From Geosiphon pyriformis uo1 (Eukaryota; Fungi; Glomeromycota), in contig JAAOMT010000222.1 in assembly GCA_016748015.1 (NCBI GenBank), positions 862,007 to 926,006 of the forward strand: 64,000 nt of DNA, given 5' to 3'. The position numbers and the translations under genes were made by a program. The notes under the pieces are model-generated. The model was not told the origin of the DNA. It worked only from the letters and a program-made list of their open reading frames with translations, and did not search any database. The first letter of the stretch is position 1. Every line of letters starts with the position of its first letter. This document shows, piece after piece, positions 55,486 through 64,000 of the stretch.

Positions 55486-57364
55486 AGTGTTTTTGTAACA
55501 ATTAAACAAATATTTTTTAAAAAGATCAGTAACTGCAATTTTTAAGACTGATTATATTAATTAAATTATTTACACATTTAGTTTGCTCCTTTGTCAACAT
55601 TTTTTAGTTAGATTTATATTGCCCTGAGTTACTTTCCTCTTTGCTATCTATTAATGTGTTACTCTACCTTATTACAATATAGTAATAAATTAAACTGTTG
55701 TAATTATAATTCTATAATTAAAATTATTTAAATTAAAATATTTGAATAACTTATTTTAGTATTTATATTCTTTGACTATTATTTTCCATATAAAATACTT
55801 ACCAAAGCTCAAAATTAATCATGTATAAAATAGGCCAAAAAAAATTAAAAAAATTAGTTAAAAGATAATTATTTTTTATTTATGTCCATTTTTTTTGTTT
55901 CAAACTATATATATTTAAGCATTAACTTCAATTAACAATTTATAATATTAATACTTAAACAGCATGTATTAACTTTAATTTTCGTGATATTTGTTTATAA
56001 ATTTTTGATATAAATCAAATTTCAAAAAAATGTTTTCACAATTCCCACCTTAATTATTTATACTTAAACAAAATTGGTATATTTATTTAATTCTCGAAAC
56101 CTGCTTTATTATTTTAAAATACTTTTTATTTTTATTTTAATTGAGTTTATAGCTTTAAATTATTCCCAAATAACCAAAAAATTAGTAAAAAAATTATGAG
56201 AATATTGGTAATAAATAGAAACAGATTGTTTTCCCTAATTACTAATTTAATTAATAATTAATAATCTTCAATCATATTAAAGTTATTTATAAAAATGATT
56301 ATTTATCTTGTAAACTTGAACATTTTTTACAGTTTTCAATATTATCACAAAATGTGGTCTTAAATGCACATTAATACTTCTAGTGTCTGTGCCAAGTTTG
56401 CATTTCTGTCAATCTCATTTGATCTATGAGGAAATACAAATTTCCAATCATAAAATTTTAATATACTTATAATATCTTGAGCATTATAAAGATCGTTATA
56501 ACTTTTTTTTATATTAACTGGACAATCAAAATTTCTTGGAAAAATCTAGTAATTTATTCAATTGGTTGACGCTTCAGAAAAATAGGATGTAAAATTGTTA
56601 AACTTCCACCTCTTCGTGATCCAAATAAAAATTCAAAATGTTTTTCCTAGTTATAAGTGTTTTCAAATAATCAGCTAATAAAAGGTCTCGGAAATAGTCA
56701 ATTTTGAGTTTTTCATCTTGATCATTAAAATTAATATATATTAGCTAAACAGTTTTGAAAAAAACATTGGGAGTTTTAAAACATTTCATTATAAGAATTA
56801 ATGTTACATTTTTTTGTTTTTGGAGAAACACACCTTCTAAAAATTCTAAAAATTATTTCATTTATTTAATTTTTGTTATTTCAGGCCCTTAGAAAAACTA
56901 AAGATTAGAAATAAACTTTTGGGTCTGGTGGGAGACAGTAATATTGTTGGTGTACCTTTATAAGATATCAATAACAATCAAGTTTGAAATGGGAAAATAA
57001 TGGTTTATAACTCATGATATAGGCTTGGACATGTGACGACTGTTGACAGCAGGGGTTCTGTAAAATCCATGAAAAAAGGAATAGAAAATATTGTCAAATA
57101 AGTTTTTCGCCTATTTCCGAATAAAAGTGATTTGCAAATTTTTTTAAAATGACATCAAATATATGTGCTATAAAAAATTTCTCATTCAATATTTAGATAG
57201 TCATTAATATAAAAAATTAAACATACTTTTATGTTTGAATAATAGATCTTATTGCAAAAAACCGGGGTCAATCCATAAAATTTTCATAAAGGATATAAAA
57301 AACCAAGTTTCTCAAGCAGAAAAAAAAATTAGCAAATTAATAGTAAACTTTCAATAAAATTTAT

Positions 57365-58865
57365 CTATTGATAAAGTACACCACAATCACCCATCGTAAT
57401 ACCAAAATAAGGGCCGTAATGTTCTTGAATATTGTTCTCGCCTGCGATCGATTGTCCAGAATTACATTCCTAAAAGTTTTGTTTGATTGAAAAAAGTCAA
57501 ATCTTGAGGTCTATTTGGATTCCCAAATGTCGAAATGAAAACAATATCAATACTACTATTATAAAAAAAAATCACTACCTTATTCTCCCCTGCTAAATTA
57601 TCTCCAGGAATCCAAAGCTTTTCCTGAAGAAAATTATTCATTCTTTCTATATTGAAACTTTCTTGGGATCTTCCACAATCCCATATAGCTTCTCCATTGA
57701 TTAAAACAGTTTCTTCATCTTCAGTACAATCACAATCTATTGGTCCAATCATTACTTCCCTTTCATGATGTTGCATTATTGAGCGTTCATGTTCAATTGG
57801 AGGAAAATGTGGGACGTAATCGTTTTTACGAGTTATTCTTGTAACCTTTACGAAGTCATTCATCATTCTAGCAAACATTATATTTCCCGTTCTTGGTTGA
57901 CCGTAGGTATAAATAGAAATCTTAATTTCACTTTTGACTTTTTTGATTTCAGGTGGAAGAAATCCAACAAGACTCATGATTGCAAATGATAAACCCGCTA
58001 TTGCTGCATATGCTATTAATTTTTAAAAGAAAAAAATTAAAAAAAAAGTTTTTGAGAACGAAAAAAATTTAAATTACTCACCACCACCCACACCATGTCC
58101 ACAAAAAGTAATTCTTCTAAATCCATTTTCGTTTATATAATTATATATTTTTGATAGCATGGCATCCATCATAATAGATACTTCCCCATACCATTCTTTA
58201 TCAACTAGTACTAATGCGTTTGTCCACATTCCTGGAACACTAAATGGTACCAACTCATTTGTTCTATCTTCCCATTCGGCTTTGCTCAAAATAGGTGCTT
58301 TGAAATATATAGCAATTCCTGAGTCCGTGTGCCTCATTACGGTACCTGTTACATATGGAAATAATGAAAAAGTTGTTCGAATTGAAGAGTCGTCAAGATT
58401 GTAAGAGGAATTCTTATTTTAAAAAAAAAGAACTGGATTATCATAAATACCAAAGATATTTTTTCCATTTTTTACCAAGCTTCCAAGACTATTATGTAAG
58501 GAAAATGGCTCACAATAAGCCATATTTGCAAATAAAGCGTTCGTTTTTATTAGTGCAATCTCATTTTTTTGAGTGCTGTCAAATGGTCGTTTTTTAAGGT
58601 ACGCGTCATTACCATTGTCTGTTCTTTTATAGAAGGAATCATTACTAATTTGTGATGTTTTTGATAAAAATGAGAATTGAGGTGATGCTAAAAGTTTCTT
58701 TATTGAATCTGAAATATTTTCAGTTGGATAAAGTTTATTTCGTTTTAAATCTGGTAAACTCTTTAAAATATTTCTGAATTTTAAAATAAAGAATACGAAT
58801 ATTAAAACTAATAAAATGGAATAGAATAGAATTGATTTTATCGAAAGAAATCGAGTTTTATGCAT
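57365..58865 (-). CDS. Class-3 lipase-like protein, copy 5 (GHGVGG)
   Basis: Four exons. IAIYFKAP, FCGHGVGG at 58100-58083, TYGQPRTGN, NDYVPHFPP, EHYGPYFGITMGDCGVLYQ*. Confidence 0.9.
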
Positions 58866-58922
58866 TTTCTCCCTATCTTATTTTAAAAAAAGTTTGCCCA
58901 ATTTAATAAGAGAAGAAAAATT

Positions 58923-58984
58923 GATCATCAGCACCGGAATTATCCTGACAAGAAAAAGGATATTATAAATAAACTTTGTTGTGG
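58923..58984 (-). promoter_or_regulatory. Conserved upstream element of lipase copy 5
   Basis: GATCATCAGCACCGGAATTATCCTGACAAGAAAAAGGATATTATAAATAAACTTTGTTGTGG. Confidence 0.6.
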
Positions 58985-61299
58985 GGTGTTTTGAAACAAT
59001 AAAACAAAATATTTCTCAATGATAGGCAAAAGATTTTTCGAAACAGCGATTCTTTATGAAATAAAAATATTTTAACACAACTGAATCTTCTTGGACAAAC
59101 CCTCAACAATTTAACACAAAACCATTTAATGCCAGTAATTTTATTATTTTCCAGAGTAATTGAACAGATTATAGTTTTACAATTAGAAAATGCAAAAATA
59201 TGATCATTACTAAATATCGATTGGGACAATCTATATCAATGACAAAATAATATTCACTGTAAATAGTGTTAAATTTCTTTTGTTATATACAAAATTTGAA
59301 TTACTCTTTTTTTTTTGTAATCAGAAAAAGTAAAATTATGGTACTTTAAATTTTATTCATGTTGATAAATTATTCCAAAAATAAAAACATGTTTACAATA
59401 AATTCTTATTTAAATTCAAGCTTAAAAAGAAAGACTTATGCAGCAATACAAATATTAAAACTTATCTTATTTAACTTGAAAATATATTTGTAAAAATTAT
59501 ATCCAAAAATAATTATTCAATGAATTTATAAATAACATAAAAATATAAAATATAATTTATATATTAATTTTTCCAAGCCTGTTTATTATTATCATCAAAA
59601 AATTTGTCAATATATACATATATATGTATATATATATAAAATATTTTGCCAATTATATATTTTTACTTTTTTTTAACAGTCTTCATGAATATCAATATTA
59701 TTGATTCAGCTGCTATTATTATTATTATTATTATTATTATTTATATGTCATGGTTTTTCATCGAATTTTTGTTTAATTAATATATAGATTTTTTACAAAG
59801 AACAAAATACAGATAATAGTTTGTAGTTTTTTGCTTTTAAATTTTTTTTAAAGTAAACTATGGGTAATTGTGTTTTTAATCTAAAAATAATTTTAGCGTA
59901 TGAATTTTTATCAATCTTTTTTTGGTTAAAAATATTAGTATTTTGAATATTTTTATGAATTTATTAGATAAAAAAAAATTTTAAAACTATGTAATGGTAA
60001 CTATTTTGGTTTCTTTAAAAACATGATAAAATTAAATTTTATTTTAATATGGTTTAAATTCCAAATTAAAAGAATATGTTATAGAAAAGCGTGAAGATAA
60101 TAATATTATATTTTTATTGAAATTTATTTTAAAAACAAAAAAAAGGTTAAAAAATTATCATTAGTATATAATAAAAATATATTACATTTTATTATTTTTT
60201 GAATTTAAAAATTTTTTATAATGAAACAATTTTCAATTCAAAATTATCAGACTCTTTTTTTTTTAAACAATTAGTTTTGTAATCTTTAATTAAATTTGTT
60301 ATATATCTAAATAATTTGTAAAAAAAAATCATGATGTGATTTTAAGAAATATTTTAATTGGAATTTTATACAGTACTTTTTGTTATTGGTATGAGTTAAT
60401 ATTATTAATATTGAAATTATATTTTATTATATTATTTTTGAAGGTATTCATTCCAACTGAAAAATTTTAATTGTAAATCGAGTTATGAAAAATATGATTT
60501 AAAAAACAAGTTCATAATAGAGTAAAAAATAAATGCTGTTTTCTAAAAGGATATTTTATAAAAAAAATATATTTTAAAAGCATAGACAAAGATAACAGGT
60601 GAAAAAAAATTTTGACCCAATTTAAAGAATTTTATTTTAAAAAATCTCATAAATATCTTATAAGTGAATGAAATATTGGTGATGCATAGAGAGAAAATAT
60701 ACGGGGTTAAAAAGATTGTATGAATTACACCGAAATCTTTTGGAAAGTCTTATTCGAAAATGGTTAGATGGTTTTACTAAATAAATAAAACTAAAAATTT
60801 GGCTTTGTTAATGTATACTTTAAAAAAAAATTGTGATTGAGATTTTTTAAACATATATACTTACAATAATAATTTTTTCTCGTGCAAAATTTAAAAAGTT
60901 GAATGTAAGATTTACGAAATATACTATGTAATAATTCGTTTGACTTAGTAATTATGCAATAAAATTAAACCAAATCTTTATTTACTTGGCATGCAAAAAA
61001 TTATGTTATAATGGTATAATGCATCTTTATTTTGGTAGCTATAGAATTAGTTCAAATTTTCAAATTTTATTCAATTAAAGATAAAATTATAAAGTTAGTT
61101 TTTTGAGAATTTTAATTGAATGATTAATTTATCATTTTAAATCTAGTATCTTCAAAATAAATACATTATACATAAGTAATTAAAACATCATAATAAGGAT
61201 AAATTTTTAAAATTGTTTAACTTGACTTTTAAGAGAATTTTATATGTTTGTATTACTTTTCCAAATTTTTTCAGTAACGATTTATTATGAATATAATTT

Positions 61300-62499
61300 T
61301 TTCTGATATAACCACAATGAAAGAGCTTTATAAAAAATCTTTTAAAAGTTTAATTTAATTTTTTAGTATAAATTTTCAGAATATTTTAGCATCATGATAG
61401 TTTATTAGCAAGCATATTCACTTTTCAAAAATGAAGTAATTAAGAAATCAAAAGAATAAATTTTCAAGTGAGAGATTTTAAACGAATTCATATTCATTTT
61501 TCTAATCTATAAGTTTCAGATCATGATATTTTTGAAATCATAATTATTCATAGCTAAATTTAACATATTTTATTCTGAATTTTTATTTTCTTGAATATAT
61601 TTGACACAAGAAACATATATGGAATAAATCTTGTTCTTGAATTCTATTTGAGTGAATTATGAAGTTAAAATCTGATTAGTTATTATTGAAGTTAAAGAAA
61701 TATCAAACTTTGTAATCCGAGTTTCTTATTTGTTTGAGACATTTTGCTTTTTCTTTGATTTAAAATTTGAATTGTAAATAATGAACCATTTTGAAGAAAT
61801 GTAAATAATTTTGCATATTATTAATTGTAATTAAAATTAATTTTTTTTTTTTAAATATACAAAACCATGTATGATAATAAATAAGTCTTTTTGAATAATT
61901 ATAATTTTTTTGAAAATTATGACCATTTTTAAAAACTTTGATGCTTAGTTTTGATGGAATACTAATCATGATGGTATCATTGATGTTAAAATTGCTCTCA
62001 CTTTTTTGGTGCAAGTTAAATTTTACCAAATCAAATTTATTTTGTATAATTCCATGGAATTGGCTCAAGTTATATTTAAACAAATCGTTTATTACATTAA
62101 ATTCTTCTTGCCTAATTTTCTGGAACATGATATTCAAACTTTTTTTACCAATTGGGGTTTTTAAACTATTTTTGAACGAATAATAGAAATGTTTCCAATT
62201 TTTAAAAGGAATATTACTTAAAAGTAGTAACGAGAGCTGATAAATAAAAACCAAACTAGTGATAAAGCTAGGGAAAATTTATACGAGATATAAGATATAA
62301 GAATTCTGCTAAACTTAATGTGCATATAAATTTTATTAATAGATTTATTTATTATTTTCAAACAAATTTTTTTTTTCAATTTAATTAAAATAAAACCAAT
62401 TAACTTTATCAATATATGATATAGAATATAAAAATGTTTTTGCGATGTAATTCTCACTTTCTCATTGTCAATAGTGTAAAATATTTTTCTTGTTGGCAT
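61300..62499 (-). pseudogene. Frameshifted Leu/Ile-rich gene of unknown family (possibly F-box/LRR-like)
   Basis: Consecutive ORFs 62499-62218 and 62254-61760; a paralogous remnant at 21.2-21.8 kb supports a coding origin. The family guess is weak. Confidence 0.4.
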
Positions 62500-63084
62500 T
62501 TTTGTTTACAATATAAGTAATAAAATTATTTAGTTTTTGATCGAAAAGATTGCTTATTATGAATAAACTATATTTCAATATCTTGAAACAATAACTTAAA
62601 ACTTTGTAAAAATATTACAAGCAAAAAATTTAAAAAATTTGGAAGAATGAACAATTTTCTGAACAAATTATTTTAAAATAAAAAATGGTTTAATAGTTTA
62701 CGAATAAAAATCTAATAAAGAAAAAATTTTATTCAAGAAAAATTTGAATTCTAAATTGACAGTTTATAACTTTATTTGCCAAAAAAGTTATGATATAAAT
62801 AATAAATAATAAATATATTTTTTCTACCATGTTATTACTTTATGTAAATTGTAATATAAAAGATATAAATAAACTAATTGCTCTAAAAACTCTTTATTAA
62901 AATGAAACGTTTTGGATACACAGAATTTTTCATGACCAAAATTTTCTTTATAGTACCAATAAAAATTTAGCTCAAAGACTCAGAATTAAAAATGTTACTT
63001 CAGCTCCGGATAAATATCAGGTCACATGTCAATAACATACTAATATGCGGGCAATGATCCCACTCCTAAGATACAGTAGATACC

Positions 63085-64000
63085 TTGAAACTTCTGTTTT
63101 ACCTTCTCGCGTTATCTAATGATTTTGCGAATTTATTTAACACTCAGAAGTTCTCTGATGTTAATATTATAGTTGGCGAAGCGCCCAATATCAGAACTTT
63201 TCAATCTCATTCCCAAATTTTAGCAGCAAGATCACCATATTTTGCTACAGCACTCTCTAGTAATTGGGTTAAAAGGGAAAATAATACTATTATCTTCAAT
63301 AAACCTAATATTTCACCTAATATTTTTGAAATAATTCTCAGGTAAGAGTTTCATTTGCTTTAAAGAATTTTAGCTAACATTAAATCATATGTTTCATTTT
63401 CCTGTACAGATATATTTATAATGGCGAGATTTCTCTTGATAAGCATGGAATACCTACCATCTTAGAATTGCTTGTTACCGCAGACGAGCTTATTTTAGAG
63501 AATCTTATTGATCTCCTTGAAGACTATTTGATTGAACACCGTGCAGAAGAGCTAGAGAAAAGTTTCGTTACTTTGCATAAAACTTCATTTATGCATGATT
63601 CTTTCAAAAAGTTACAAAATTTCTGCACAGAAATAATTGTTAATAATTCAGCTATAGTCTTCAACTCCCAAGATTTCACCTCCCTTAGTGAAAATTCTCT
63701 TTCCTCAATTTTAACCCGGAATGACCTAAATATAGAAGAATCAAAGATATGGGAAAAGATTGTGGAATGGGGGGTTGATAAATTGGATAAAAATATTCAG
63801 ATGAAGAAAGTTCGTTGCTGGACAGATGAAAACTTTAACGCCTTTAAGGAATCTATTGAAAGGCTTCTATCTTTAATCCGCTTCTTTAACATATCTTCAG
63901 TTGACTTCTATCACAAAGTAAAACCATTTGCGAGAATCTTACCTGGAACTTTATATGAAGATCTTTTACATCATTATCTCGTACCGGGTAGTCATCAAAA
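63085..64000 (+). CDS. BTB/POZ-BACK domain protein, truncated by the window end; no in-frame ATG before the BTB domain
   Basis: FSDVNIIVGEAPNIRTFQSHSQILAARSPYF...KPNISPNIFEIILR|YIYNG (intron 63342-63409); LLVTADELIL; BACK-like DLNIEESKIWEKIVEWG; LIRFFNISSVDFYHKVKPF; open to the end. Confidence 0.9.

Overview
AT-rich, intron-containing fungal genomic DNA. The gene families and TE protein styles point to a Glomeromycotina fungus, plausibly Geosiphon/Archaeosporales-like; this is inference, not a database result. A central CpG-retaining housekeeping island (casein kinase 1 of the Yck/CK1-gamma type at 44.3-46.7 kb +, Sgf73/ataxin-7 at 48.1-49.5 kb -) lies between two related blocks. These carry five minus-strand, four-exon class-3 lipase-like genes (about 4.6-6.0, 14.7-16.2, 19.3-20.8, 53.8-55.3 and 57.4-58.9 kb). 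Every copy has G-H-G-V-G-G where the G-H-S-L-G nucleophile elbow should be, keeps the catalytic Asp and His motifs, has an N-terminal membrane anchor and shares a conserved upstream element. They look like a maintained, recombining family of membrane-anchored pseudo-lipases. Between the blocks a full-length Ty3/Gypsy element (31463-39105, CTAT TSD) is inserted into the endonuclease of an older RNase-H-bearing LINE; both are heavily hit by C>T/G>A transitions. Also present: two Tc1 transposase remnants, a TIR-bounded element with a USP-like protease fragment, a decayed REase+kinase (Crinkler-like) gene, a GPI-type surface protein gene broken only by in-frame TAA codons, and a BTB-BACK gene with no in-frame ATG that runs off the right end. 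All translations, alignments and exon models were done by eye.
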